Positions 31,621 to 46,119 are shown, numbered from the stretch's first letter. The stretch: 64,000 nt of DNA from the human T2T-CHM13v2.0 reference genome, Homo sapiens (GCF_009914755.1 NC_060927.1), one strand, 5' to 3'. Numbers and translations: made by a program. Notes: generated by a model from the letters alone, not told the origin.

Positions 31621-33686
31621 TGCATAACCCCTGACAGCACCAGTTCCTAAAAGACATGCAATCTATTTTTCTCATCACCAAGGTTTCACTTCATATCATA
31701 GCAACATGCAGTAGGGATAAATTTAGCTTAAACTGGGATAGGCCTTAACAATCTATATGTTTGTTGACATTAATGATCAAATATATCTATAAGAAATAAT
31801 ATTAAGTTTGTAGAAATCTGACAAATGACTGAGCTATGATGGTTCTCAAGCAGCCATGGCCAGTTTATATTAAGACCATGTAAGTGTTTTCTGTTTTACT
31901 TTAAGCCATTATTTCACCCTAAAGATTTTCTTTACGGATCTGTAAATATAAAACAGTGCAAATTATACCATCTTACCCATATTTTAATGAAATATATGAT
32001 ACCCAAACATTAGATTTAAAAAGAAAATGAGTCGCAGAACCAGGGAAGGAATGAACTCTGAAATTGCACTGTCCATTTTCAGTCTATTTTACCTTGAAGG
32101 TTTTATATTAACATTACTGTTAATTTTTCTAATGCTGAAGAAATGCACTTGAAAAGTGCACCATCTGCGCTTTGTCTAATTAGCTGGTCAAAACAGAATG
32201 GATGTCAAATTCTGAGTCCCTTTATTTTTATGAAAATGAAAAGAGCTTCACTTCTAACTCAGCTTTATGAGTGAATCAATGAGAAGTCATCTACTGCATA
32301 ATCTTCTCCTAGAAAGTGATAAATATTTACAGTATATAATGAAATTTCATGTCAAAAATTGATGGTATTTATTGTGTTTTAATAAAAGCAGACTTGAAAA
32401 CATTAGTTTTATTAAACAAAAAACAGAATATTGTTTTAAAAATTGCCATTTTCATATTTGCTTTTCCTGTGGAGACCTTATATGCAAAGGCAGATTTTTA
32501 GGTAACTGTATTACTATGGAAATCAGCTCCAACTGAATAGAAATAGTACAAAATAATGAAAACACTAATACATCTTTACACATTGTATTATTCATCTATC
32601 AATTACTTTCCCTTTTGTGGGGCTCACTCTTCTAGGTTTGACTGTTTAACAGTCATATTTTTCCCAATATTATTCTCAATTTCTTTTCTCAATCTTGATC
32701 CTAAAAATTTACTAAAAAAGAATATTTAAAAGGTCACATTGTCTTCTTGTGTAAATCAGAGAGATAATGCTGTTACTAACCCATTTTCTAATTATTTAAG
32801 TAAATGTTAGGAGGAGCATTTGTTTTCTCATATGAAAAGCTTTTCACAAACAGGTCAAATCTGTTATAGGTGGCAGAAACACAGATTTTCTTTCATGACC
32901 TTGCTAGATCCTCTGACTCCTGAAGAAATTATTTCAAAGGGTCATCTCTTCAGATTTTGACATTTAGAAGCTAGTAATTCTCCTATGGTGGAAAAAACTC
33001 TCAGAGATTGATCTGGAGAATGTAATCATTCCTACAGCCCATAATGAAAATGCCATTAAAGATGACTCTACGTTCAAGATTATAACTCAAATGCTTATCA
33101 GTCTCTAGTATAAAATAATAGAGATCATTAGTGACCATAGTAAACTAAAAAGTGCAGACCCACATAGATGCTAAGATTCACACTTTAAAACAATAGTGTG
33201 CTGGCCAGAAAAATCACACATCTGAGTGTTAAATTCAGCCAGTGGTTACCAGATTTTGGTGCTGAAACTACACAGTAAGATGTCAAAGCTACGGGGCTGA
33301 TTTTATCCTTTCCCCTTTTTTGCTCATCCATTAGTCTACTTACTGTAGTTTGATGTATTTCTCGTTATCAACACTTTGCTAGTTGTTATGATTAATCCTT
33401 TACTGAGGTTTTTTTCCTAAATAGATGAACTGTGTCTCAAAAATGAAGAGAAAATATAAAATGATACACAATGAAAAGCCGTACTTCCACCGCTGCCTCA
33501 ATCTGTCCATTTCTCATTCTGAGTTACTGGTTTATGCGTTTTCACCAATGTTATTCCATCTGTTGAAAGCAAAACAAATGTATCCACAAACACACACATA
33601 TTCTTATGCCTCCCATTATAAATAACACATTGCATACTATACATACTTTTTTTTCTTCTTAAAGTCAATCATTTGAAAATCACTTC

Positions 33687-34072
33687 TGATATGGTTTGGA
33701 TTTGTGTCTCTACCCAAATCTCATGTCAAATTGTAATCTGCAATGTCAGAAGTGGTGCCTGGTGGGAGGTGATTGAATCATGGAGGCGGATTTCCTCTTT
33801 GATGCTGTTGTCATGATAGTGAGGGAGTTACTGGAAGATCTGGTTGTTTAAAAGTGTATAGAACCTCCCCCTACTCTTTATTCCTCCTGTTCTGGTCATG
33901 TAGGTCATGCCTGCTCTTCCATTCTCCTTCTGCCAGATTGTAAGTTTTCTGAGGCCTCCCCAGGCATGCATCCTGTACAGCCTGTAGGACTGTGAGCCAA
34001 TAAACCTCCTTTCTCCATAAATTATCTAGTCTCAGGTATTTCTTTATAACAATGTGAGAACAGACTAATACA
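33687..34072 (+). mobile_element. MSTA-like MaLR solo LTR
   Basis: TGatatggtttggatttgtgtc...cagactaataCA with a perfect 5-bp TSD acttc (33682-33686, 34073-34077). Confidence 0.95.
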
Positions 34073-34100
34073 ACTTCTTACTTAAAAATAAATACATAAA

Positions 34101-35082
34101 TAGGTTTTCTTCTAGAGTTTTTACAGTTTTATGCCTGACGTTTAAGTCTTTAATCCATCTTGAGTTAATTTTTGTATAAGGTTTAAGAAGGGATCCAGTT
34201 TCAGCTTCCTGCATATGGCTAGCTAGTTTTCCCAACACCATTTATTAAATTGGGAATCCTTTCCCCATTGCTTGTTTTTGTCAGGTTTGTCAAAGATCAG
34301 ATGGTTGTAGATGTGTGGCATTATTTCTGATGCCTCTGTTCTGTTCCATTGGTCTATATATCTGTTTTGGTACCAGTACCATGCTGTTTTTGTTACTGTA
34401 GCATTGTAGTATAGTTTGAAGTCAGGTAGCATGATGCCTCCAGCTTTGTTCCTTTTGCTTAGGATTGTCTTGGCTATGTGGGCTCTTTTTTGGTTCCATA
34501 TGACCGTGTGGCAATTCCTCAAAGATCTAGAACTAGAAATACCATTTGACCCACCAATCCCATTACTGGGTATATACCCAAAGGATTATAAATCATTCTA
34601 CTGTAAAGACACATGCACATGTATGTTTATTGCAGCACTGTTCACAATAGCAAAGACTTGGAACCAACCCAAATGCCCATCAATGACAGACTGGATAAAG
34701 AAAATGTGGCACATATACACCATGGAATACTATGCAGCCATACAAAAGTATGAGTTCATGTCCTTTGCAGGGACATGGATGAAGCTGGAAACTATCATTT
34801 TCAGCAAATTAACACAAGAACAAAAAACCAGACACCGCATATTCTCACTCATAGGTGGGAGTTGAACAATGAGAACACATGGACACAGGGAGGGGAACAT
34901 CACACACTGGAATCTGTCGGGGGTCGGGGGCTAGGGGAGAGATAGCATTAGGAGAAAACACTAATGTAGATGACCGGTTGACGGGTGCAGCAAACCACCA
35001 TGGCACGTGTATACCTATGTAACAAACCTGAACGTTCTGCACATGTACCCCAGAACTTGAAGTATAGATAAATAAATAAATA
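34101..35082 (+). mobile_element. 5'-inverted, truncated L1PA (about PA6-7): inverted ORF2 piece 34101-34503 (-) plus direct 3' piece 34504-35082 (+)
   Basis: Minus-strand [11 protein letters not shown]...WCWEN joined to plus-strand [10 protein letters not shown]...SLIGGS, 3'UTR and (TAAA)n tail. Imperfect TSD aaatacataaata / aaatacacaaata. Confidence 0.93.
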
Positions 35083-35565
35083 AAATACACAAATATATAA
35101 GATATATGAATACACACACAGTGTATACCTACACTGGTGTCATATATATATATCATATATTTACATAGTGTTTACTTATTCATTTATACAGCAGCATATT
35201 TCTTTGTAAGGATACATAGTACAATTTATTTGACTCTTCCAATAATGGTTTTCTAGAGTTTTCTATTATAAACACCACTGCATACATTATTTTGCACTGG
35301 TACAAGTAAATCCATGAGATAAATAGCATAAATGAGTTGGCTAGATAGAAGGGTAAATTCATTTATACTTCTGAAAAATATTGTCAAATTATCTTTAGAA
35401 ATTATATTAGTTTGAATCATTATCCATTCTCACCATATCCAGTCCTACTGCTTTGGACATGAAGGAGCTATGAAACTTACATTATTTTTGCTAATATTAG
35501 TTTAAAAATGATATTGTACTGTAGTTCAAATGTATATTTTGAATGTAAGAAGTGAGGTTAATCAT

Positions 35566-36076
35566 TGCAATGCTTAATACTTAGTGTCAACTTGATTGGA
35601 TTGATGGATAAAAAGTATTGATCCTGGGTGTATCTGTGAGGGTGTTGCCAAAGGAGACTAACATTTGAGTCAGTGGGCTGGGAAAGGCAGACCCACCCTT
35701 AACTTGGGTGGGCACAATCTAATCAACTGCCAGTGCAGATAGAATATAAGTAGGCAGAAAAATGTAAAAAGAGACTGGCCTAGCCTCTCAGTCTACAACT
35801 TTCTCCCATGCTGGATGTTTTATGCCCTCCAACATCGGACTCCAGGTTCTTCAGTTTTGAAACTTGGACTGGCTCTCCTTGCTCCTCAGTCTGCAAATGG
35901 CCTATTGCAGGACCTTGTGATTGTGTGAGTTAATACTTAATCTATATATATATATATATATATACATGAGCTCTGTATATATTAGTTTTATATATATTAG
36001 TTCTGTCCCTCTCTGGAGGGATATATTTATATACATCCTATTAGTTCTGTCCCTCTAGAGAACTCTGATTAATACA
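35566..36076 (+). mobile_element. MLT2A (MLT2A2-like) 5' LTR of HERV-L
   Basis: gtgtcaacttgattggattga...gtattgatcctgggtgtatctgtgagggtgttgccaaaggag, internal (TA)n, and ending ctagagaactctgattaataCA directly before gattttggt internal sequence. Confidence 0.93.
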
Positions 36077-36210
36077 GATTTTGGTTTCAGGAGTGGTTCT
36101 AGAGGAACAGAATATTAAGGAAGAAGTTCTTTCATTGGTTTTGGGGTTTCTGGAGTTGGCTGCTTAATACGATTAGGCCAAAAAATGCAAAGGACTCTAC
36201 TTCTAATAGT

Positions 36211-37843
36211 ATGGAGAATATTGATAGTCCTTGGTGTGAACTGTTTATAGAGTCATGCAAAATAAATGCATTTGACAGTCCTGATTCATTGCTCGTTAAA
36301 GGAAAAGAGTTTAGTGACTCTATACATAATACCTTTGACCATATGTGGAGAACAAAGGAACATAATGAAGCTGGTTGGTTGCTCCTAAGTTCAGTGGACA
36401 AAATGATGAAAGAAAATAATGAATTCAGAGATTCTATCTCCCAGCTTCAGAAGCAGATACTGAGTCTCAAATCTGCTAAGATTGCCCTGAGTGAGAGTTT
36501 TATCTCCTGTAGAGAAAGAGCTGAAATTGTGGAAAAACAGACACAAGCTCTTATCATGTGAGTGGCTGACCTGCAATGAAAGGTACACGTGCAGCCTGGC
36601 CAGGTGTCTACTGTTAAAGTGAGGGCATTGATTGGAAAAGAATGGGACCCTGCAACTTGGAATGGGGACTGTGGGAGGACCCTGATAGCTGGGGACACTG
36701 AGACTGTAAACTCTGATGAACCTTTCTTGCCAGAAAAAACAGCCTCCCCATCCCCATTAGTGGCAACATCCCCTCCCCAACCCATGCTGCCATCAGCCTT
36801 TCCACCTTTGTCTGAGGAGATAAACCCTGCACTGCTTGAGGCAACAGTGATGGCCTCCCCTGAGGCAGTTGCCAGATGAGATAATGTTGATTCTCCTCAG
36901 GAGCCTCGCCCAACACCCCTTTTTGCTTCTAGACCTATAACTAGACTAAAGTCCCAATGGGCCTCTAGACGTAAGGTTGAGAGTGTGACCCATGAGAATG
37001 TGCGCTATGCTCAAGCAGAACTGCTTGAGTTCTCTAATTTATATAAACAGAAATCTGGAGAGTAGCCATGGGAATGGATATTAAGGGTGTGGATAATGGT
37101 GGAAGGAACATAGAGTTGGATCAGGCTGAATTTATTGACTTTGGCCCACTAAGTAGGGTCATAGATTGGGGAGTTAAAAAAGGTCCTAGTAGTTTATTTT
37201 CTTGGTTAGCTGATATATGGATTAAAAGATAGCCCACTGTCAGTGAGCTGGAAATGCCTGATCTCCCTTGGTTTAATGTAGAGGAAGGGAGCCAAAGGCT
37301 TAGGGAGATTGAGATGGTGGAGTGGATTAATCACTTTAGACCTGCTCATCCCAGCTGGGAGGGTCCTGAAGATATACCCTTGACCAATGCCTTGTGAAAT
37401 AGATTTGTGAGGGCAGCACCTGTATCTTTGAAGAGCCCTGTGATTGCTCTTCTCTGTATGTCAGATCTAACAGTGGGAACTGCAGTCACTCAACTACAAA
37501 ATTTAAACACAATGGGAATAATTGGATCCTGAGGGGTAAGGGCTAAGTGGCAGCACTCAATCACCAAAGAGAAGGTGGGCATAGCTATCATAATGAACAG
37601 CAGAGACAAAGTAGTAATCAGAAATAGTCTGACTCATGTAGAGCTCTTGCATTGGCTAATTAATCACGGTATTCCTAGAAGTGAAATTGATAGGAAGCCT
37701 ACTGCATTCTTACTTAATTTATATAAGCAGAAAACTTCTAGGTGGAATGGGAAAAAGACTAATTTTAATTATAAAAACAGAATCACAGCCCCTCAATCAA
37801 TTTCCAGACTTGAACAAGTCTACAGACCCAGAACTCTTTGAAT
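36211..37843 (+). pseudogene. gag: HERV-L gag, disrupted
   Basis: ORF fragments 36211-36561, 36589-36879 and 37575-37841 give HERV-L gag-like peptides. Confidence 0.85.
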
Positions 37844-37949
37844 GAAGGGGAGGCCAGGTCACCTTGAGAGAGGACCCCACTATATCTGACAATTTATGCA
37901 GTGAATCTTTCTAGCATCCTTCCCCAAGGAGGCCTCCAGCCTTTTACCA

Positions 37950-39941
37950 GGATTACTGTGCACTGAGGAAATGGAAATGATCAGGTATTTTGGGGACTAT
38001 TGGACACTGGCTCTGAGCTGACATTGATTCCAGGGGACCCAAAACATCACTATGATCCTCCAGTAAAAGTATGGGCTTATGGAAGTCAGGTAATTAATAG
38101 AGTTTTAGCTCAGGTACAGCTTACAGTGGGTTCAGTGGGTCCTGAGACTCATCCTGTGGTCATTTCCCCAGTGTCAGAATGCATAATTGGCATAGACATA
38201 CTTAACAGCTGGCAGAACCCCCACATTGGATCCCTGTCTGGTAGGGTGAGGGCTATCACAGTGGGAAAGGACAAATGCAAGCCATTAGAGTTGCTGCTAC
38301 CTAGAAAAATAGTAAGTCAAAAACAGTATCACATCGCTGGAGGGATTGCAGAGATTAGTGCCACCATGAAAGACACAGGGGTGGTAATTCCCACTGCATC
38401 CCCATTCAACTCTCTCATTTGGTCTGTGCAGAAGACAGATGGATCTTAGAGAATGACAGTGGATTATCATAAGCTTAACCAAGTGGTGACTCCAATTGCA
38501 GCTGCTGTACCAGATGTGGTTTTATTGCTTGAGCAAATTAACACATCTCCTGTTACCTGGTATGCAGCCATTGACTTGGTAAGTGCATTTATCTCCATTT
38601 CTGTCTATAAGGCCCACCAGAAGCAATTTGCCTTCAGCTGACAAGGCCAGCAATATGCCTTTCTGTCATACCTCAGGGATATATCAACTTTCTGGCTTTG
38701 TGTCATAATCTTATTCGGAGAGAACTTGATCACTTTTCGCTTCCGCAAGATATCACACTTGTCCATTACATTGATGACATTATGCTGACTGGATTCAGTG
38801 AGCAAGAAGTAGCCAACACACTGGACTTATTGGTGAGACATTTGTGTGCCAGAGGATGGGAAATAAATCCGACTAAAATTCAAGAAACTTCCACCTCAGT
38901 AAAATTTCTAGAGGTCCAGTAGTGTGGGGTTTGCAGAGTTATTTCTTCTAAGATGAAGGATAAGCTGCTGCATTTGGCCCCTCCTACAACCAAGAAAGAG
39001 GCACAACACCTAGTGGGTCTATTTGGATTTTGGAGGCAATACATTCCTCATTTAGGTGTGTTACTCTGGCCCATTTATCAAGTGACCCGAAAGACTGCCA
39101 GTTTTGAATGGGGTTCAGGACAGGAGAAGGCTCTGCAACAGGTTCAGGCTGCTGTGCAAGCTGCTGTGCCACTTGGGATATATGACCCAGCAGATCCAAT
39201 GCTACTTGAGGTCAGTTGCAGATAGGGATGCTGTTTGGAGCCTTTGGTGGACCCCCATAGGTGAATCACAGCAGAGGCCTCTCAGATTTTGGAGCAAGGC
39301 CCTGCCATCTTCTGCAGATAACTACTCTCCTTTTGAGAGGCAGCTCTAGGCCTGTTACTGGGCTTTGGTGGAAACTGAATGTTTGACTACGGGTCATCAA
39401 GTCACCATGAGACCTGAACTGCCTTTCATGAACTGGATGCTTTCTGATCCCATCTAGCCATAAAGTGGGTCATGCACAGCAGCATTCCATCATCAAATGA
39501 AAGTGGTATATATGTGATTGGGCTCGAGCAGGTCCTGAAGGCACAAGTAAGTTACATAAGGAAGTGGCTCAATTGCCCATGCTCTCCACTCCTGCCAACC
39601 CACCTTCTCTCCCTCAGTCTGCATCGAAGGCCTCATGGAGAGTGTCCTATGATCAGATGACAGAGGAAGAGAAGACTAGGGATTGCTTCACAGATGGTTC
39701 TGCACGATATGCAGGCACCACCTGAAAGTAGACAGCTGCAGCACTACAGCCCCTTTCTAGGACATCCCTGAAGGACAGGCATTAAGGAAAATCTTCTCAG
39801 TGGGCAGAACTTGAAGCAGTGCAAATGGCTGTGCACTTTGCATGGAAGGAGAGATGGCCAGATGTGCGATTATATGCTGATTCATGGGCTGTAGCCAATG
39901 GTTTGGCTGGATGGTCAGGGACGTGGAAGAAGCATGATTGG
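37950..39941 (+). pseudogene. pol: HERV-L pro-pol, disrupted and truncated
   Basis: DTG protease motif, [34 protein letters not shown]. Confidence 0.9.
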
Positions 39942-40324
39942 TTCCTGATGTTTTGTGGGAGTTGGCTAATTCTTGTATGGAATCAGTCTGTTTGAATTTT
40001 CTATTTCATCTGAGGTAAGTTTTGGAATATTTTTTATTCCTAGAAAATAATACATTTCATTCAGGTTTTCAAATTTATTCGATATTAGAGCAAAATTATT
40101 TTACTGAGCTCTAAATTACCTCTATTTCTGTGAATATTTCCCCATTAATTAATATTTCTTAATTTTGCTATTAAATGCTCTCTCTCTTTCTCTTGATGAG
40201 ATTAACAGTATATTAGTTTTTTAAAGAAATAGAAACATAAATCAAACTCAAATAAATTTAAAAAATAAAAACTTACAAATAAAATTTAACATTATTCTGT
40301 TTTCTAGTCCATTATTTCATTTTG

Positions 40325-40700
40325 TCATAGTACCATGCAGCAAACAACCACAAAATCTCAGTGGCATTGTCTCACTCTTGAACTTCCACATTTGCTGGGG
40401 CAGTTTCTCTCCCGACTTTGGTGGCTGAAGCAGTTCCTTTTTATGCTGAATTGGCTTGTGTGGCTCTCCTCTAGGTGTCTCTCATCCTCCTCCTAGGACC
40501 AGCAGGCTAGTTTAGGCGTGTTATTCCCACAGCAATGGCAACAGCACAAGAGGGCTTACTCAACTACTCAAGCACATTGTAAGACTCTACTTGCATCACA
40601 TCTGCTGGCATCCTGTTGCCAAAGGAATCCACATGACTGAGCCCAAATCAGGGGTAGAAGACATACACAAAAAAATCTGAAAAAGTGGGAACTGTATTCA
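40325..40700 (-). mobile_element. MLT1 (MLT1K/L-like) LTR
   Basis: aacaaccacaaaatctcagtggc...catcacatctgctggcatcctgttgccaaagg...cacatgactgagccca. Confidence 0.65.
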
Positions 40701-40911
40701 TATACCAAATTTTCTCTCCTTTCCTCCAGTTTATTTCATTTACCATTTTCTAACTTTTTGAGTTGAATATCTATTCATGACAAGGATTTTAAGATTATAA
40801 ATTTTCTTCTAAACCCTGTTTTATCTACATCCTATAGATTCTAAAGTGTCTTTATTACATTTTTTCATATATATGCCCCAATTTTTATTTTCTATTTTCT
40901 CTTCAACCTAG

Positions 40912-41243
<332 letters not shown>

Positions 41244-42245
41244 AGTTTTTGTCTAGTTTTATTATTATATGGTCATTAGAGAAGCTTGCACCTCTGATTC
41301 TTATTTATTTTTAATTCAGAATGGATTAAGGATTTTCTGGTGGTTTAATATACCATCAATTTTCCCAAATATTCCAAAGTTTATTCAAAATTAATAAGGT
41401 ACAGAATTGCCTTATCAATTAGCCCTACTTTATTATTTATGTTATTTTGATATTCTGTATACTTAATAGTTTTCGTCTACTTGATCTGACATGGACCCAG
41501 AAAGGTGCAATAACACCTCTCATTAGTGTTTTCATGTCTATTTCAGCCTCTATCACCTGTCTTTTATGGTTTATGAATGTTTGGCACATTTATGCTTTAT
41601 GAATGTAACTGTAGTATGTCCATTGTGAACACTTCTGCTATTAGCTTTCCTTTTTTCTTTTTTAATGCTCTTTGGCTGGAGACCCTTGTTTATTTTTGTC
41701 TGTCTTTTCTGGTATATACTTTTACATTCTTTGATTTTCAGTCTTACTGAAGTACTTTGTTTTAAGTAAGTCTATACCATAGAATATAGAATTGGGTTCA
41801 CTATAATCCATCCTGAAATTTTTTTTTTTCTTTTGAAAGCTAAGTTAAGCCTTTAATAGGTTATTTACTGATACAAAAATTTACTGATACAAAAGCAGTG
41901 TTTTTTCTTTCTTATGTCATATTATTTGTATTGCATATTCTTTGTGGTTTTAAAAATAGTATTTCATTATAAGTTTTGTTTCCTTTGCTTCTTTTGTATT
42001 GTTTATCTGCTGATGAAGTTTTGTGTATTTTTCTTTATTTATTACCTTTATAATAATAATTTTACATTAGACCTTTATTCATGTACTTCTTTCGAATACA
42101 TCATCTCTAAGTTCCCTGTTATGAATAATAATTAAAAATTGGAAATTTCCTCTTCCTTTTCTCTCTTATTCTTCCCTCTTACCTGACTTTAGTTACTAAT
42201 GGTGTTTACTTTTAATTCATTAAATGAGATTATGGGTTTATTTAA

Positions 42246-42594
<349 letters not shown>

Positions 42595-43149
42595 TGATGT
42601 TTATTTTCTATTCTGACATGTCAACTTCCATATTTGCTTTCATTTAGGTTCTATATATTCAGTATTTATTTTCAGTCATTTTGCCAGTGTTTGTCTAGTT
42701 ATTTCTTATTTGGCCCTAACTCATTCTCTAGTGATCCTTTCAATAAGAGCTCAATGGCGCAAGATTCTCTGAGCTCTTGCATGGTAAAAGTTGTTTGTTT
42801 ATAGGTATTATATATTAAATCAAATTTGAGTAGCTACACCAATCTTTGACTCAAAGTCATTACTTTGTGTATTTTGCAAGTGTTGTTCTACAGCCTTCTC
42901 ATATTAAATATTTTTAAGAAGAAATATAAGACTAGCATTTTGTTCTCCTCTTAGGAATTTTTGTTTTTATTTTTTTCCTGGTTGCTGCTGTAACTGCAGC
43001 TCGTCCTCCCTTCTCCCATTCTCTCATTCTCTTTCTCCTCCTCCATCACCTCCTTCTTTGCCTTTACCTTTTAAAGGCAAATATAAGTCTTAGAGTTGAC
43101 CATACTGGATCACTTTTCCTGGTCTGCTGGGTATCCATTGACAATGTTG

Positions 43150-43560
43150 AATTTCACTGAAGCCTGGTGATCCTGGAAAACAGTACATGTTAAAGAAATT
43201 CCCCACTGTTTCCTGTTCTGGGAAGCTGCTTACTGCAAAGCACCATACTTTCACATTAGACTTAGATAATACTCATGGATGCCACCTTGTTTACTTATGA
43301 CAAGGGATAAACAGACTCTCTAGATTCTCATTGTTTGCCTCATAAATGATTAGCTTAACTGTTTGCCCCCCACCCCCATCAATCAGAGCAAAATACTTGT
43401 TAACTAAATTTTGATTAATTTTCTCTCCTTCCCCCAGGAATCTTAACTTTGACCCACCCTCTGCCTAAACCAGCAAACAACCCCTTGTTAACAGCCCCTC
43501 CCCAAAATAGGCTGATTTTAGGGTGGAATATTTTCTGATTTATTGTCTGACCATAGCTAT
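43150..43560 (+). mobile_element. ERV1-class LTR (MER67/MER31-like)
   Basis: ttctctccttcccccagg...aactttgacccaccctc...aataggctga resembles the recalled MER67 family. The family assignment is uncertain. Confidence 0.5.
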
Positions 43561-46119
43561 TTCTTCTGCTTCTTCATCATTTTGGACACATTCTTGCCTC
43601 CATCCTAGGTATTGCTTTTGAAAATTTGCATGATTCTTAATATTTACATTCAAATCCCCATATTCTCTGGATATTCTTTTATCATCCTGTGAAATTAAAC
43701 ATAGTTGGAAAATAAAGTATCAAGAAGACAGAGTGAAGGGTGCAGGGCTCCTTTGATGGGATCCATTGTCTCCAATTTTCTTTTGTACCTTCTACCTCTT
43801 CTTTACCATTCCTCCTGAATCTGACTGATCTCTTATTCTCAATATTTTTACCTTGAGCCTAAAATAAGGCTTTTGAAAATCAGTCAAATCTGTTTTTTGT
43901 TTGTTTGTTTGTTTTTGGTTTTTTGTTGGTTCGTTTGTTTTGTTTTGCTTTGCTGCACCATTTTCCCTTACAGTAATCAATATGGAGTGCAGAGTAAGGA
44001 GAGGAGACAGGAATTACAGAGGAATGAAACAGAATAGTACCCTACATTGATATGAACTATTTTCATTAATATGATAGAAGTGCCCCTGAGTCATTCACAG
44101 TCTTGTTAATGCTTCCTCTTACCCCAAGGCCCCAAAATCTGCAAGATAACTGGGTGAATTTAGGAAGGGATGTTTCCATTCCCCAGACAGAGCCAAGCAA
44201 CATCTTCAGACACCTGAAGTCCAAGTCCCATAGGTAATAAGGTGTTGAGTTAACCTATCCCAGCCTCCTTTGATACCATCTTTTACTGAGAACATTTGAC
44301 TAGATAATACCAATTATATTTCTTCTCATCTTTTTTCATTTTTTCAAATACCCATCATACAACTAGTTTACTGCCTGCTCAACTTTGTATGTTAATATCT
44401 CTTTATTTTTCAGCCCAGAATTACAAAGTTATTTTATTTTTACAATGAAAAATATTTTTACCTCTCAAAGTCTCTGTTTCTTTATAAAATGGGGATTATT
44501 ATATCTCTTTTAGAGGAGTAATTTCTATGATGCTATCAAGAGAGTGTGCTGAAATTGGAGATCTGATCCTATTGTGTAGATCAGAAATGACTATCAATAT
44601 TGGTTATAATTAAATGTTTATAATATACAGTAATTTCCGTGATTATAAAAATGTTAGCTGGTCAGAAGAAGCCACTAAAAATCCAAAGAAAAGTACTGGA
44701 AACAGAAGCCTTTCCATGGCCTCTCAGATGCTGCCCTTCATTTATTGGGGCTATGCAAACCTGTGCATACCTTCAGTAAGTACATGTTCCTGGGGTTTTG
44801 GCTCAGATAGGTGCTCATGTAGCCCCAGTTTGCCACTTAACTGTCATTATAATAATATGACCAGGCACATCTGGCTGAAGGAGTTGGGCTACAGTGTTTG
44901 TATTAATATCTAGCAAAGCAAAAATATAGAATGGCTTTTCACTTAATGAGCAGGATAGTGGTAAAATAGTGTCTGTAGTATCAACTATTTTGCCTGGTCT
45001 GCTCCTTAAAGTTAACTCGCATTGAGGAATTCCCTACCCTCCTCAGAGGGGGTTTTGCTTCTGACACTTATTTTTGTATATAATCTTCAGAAGAGACAAT
45101 TGGTGGCAGAGATGTGTTATGTGGCTTATATGAGTTTATTTTATCAGGTGCTAAGGAGAGGAGAAGGCAGGCTTGGCATCCAGCATGAGGTTTCTTTCTG
45201 ATCCTCAGTGAGTGGGCATCCAGATCCCTCCATGGCTTTTGGACGTCCACGATTGTGGCAGATCACTGTGACTCATTTGGCCCGACTGGCTGACAGACCC
45301 ATCTGTCGTTAAGGAACCCAACTCAGATCCGTGTAGTAAGGGAGCAAAACAAACCACATATCTGAATCACAGGACAGAAGGAGAGCTACAGTCATCTGCT
45401 ATTTTTTTTTTTTTAGTTAAATAAGGTTTTCCCTTCAAGCAGGTGGAGGGATGTACCTTACAGGGCTTTTGTGATTGGCTCCCAGCCAGTCTTCTGTATT
45501 TTTCACAGCTGGCATCAGGATAAACTAATTTTTTTACTGAATTGACCCTCTATTACTTTCATTTTCATCAGCTCACGACCAATTGATGAGATACAATTTA
45601 ATACAATGCAATTAATGTTACAGGATTTTTCATAGCAAAGCATCAAAAAATGAGTTAAAACCTAAATGCCAACCAGTGGGAGTTGGAGTATAGGAATAAG
45701 AAACTTAGAAGACAATGTAAACCTAAGAGAGAAGAAAGCTCTAAGAAATATAAAAATAATTTATGCTGCCAATGCTGAGAGATTATGAAAAACAAGCTAG
45801 ACAACAAATGGTTAATAATTACTTTACTAAGATGCTTCTAAGGATTCAAGAAACCATTCCCAAAGAGGTGACCTGTAAATTGGGCCTTGGAGGAATGGGG
45901 GAAGGAGGACATCAAGCTGGTGAGGAAAAGAAGGGCTATTTCTAGTAGACGGGAAACTATGAATGCAAGCAGAGAGCTGTGAAAAAGCATTCATGGCCCC
46001 ATGAGATTTGGCACCTCCTTTCACCTACCTGTCATTTCCCACCAACACCCTACCACCTAAAGTATTTACTATTTGTATAAATTCATTATAAAAGCTTTGA
46101 AGGTGAAGTTAGGCTTAAG

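Larger units (their letters stand above)
36077..39941 (+). mobile_element. HERV-L internal region (gag, protease, RT, RNase H), 3' truncated
   Basis: Gag MENIDSPWCELF..., protease [26 protein letters not shown], RNase H-like FTDGSA (39686 region) and YADS. Many stops and frameshifts. No integrase or 3' LTR. Confidence 0.95.

Noticed and set aside
34416-34865. 149-aa chimeric ORF across the inversion junction
   Set aside because: It is a by-product of antisense ORF2 fused in frame to the ORF2 C-terminus. It starts at TTG and has no promoter evidence.
35940-36060. (TA)n plus duplicated tattagttctgtccctct in the LTR
   Set aside because: Expanded TA tracts with such duplications are common in MLT2A LTRs.
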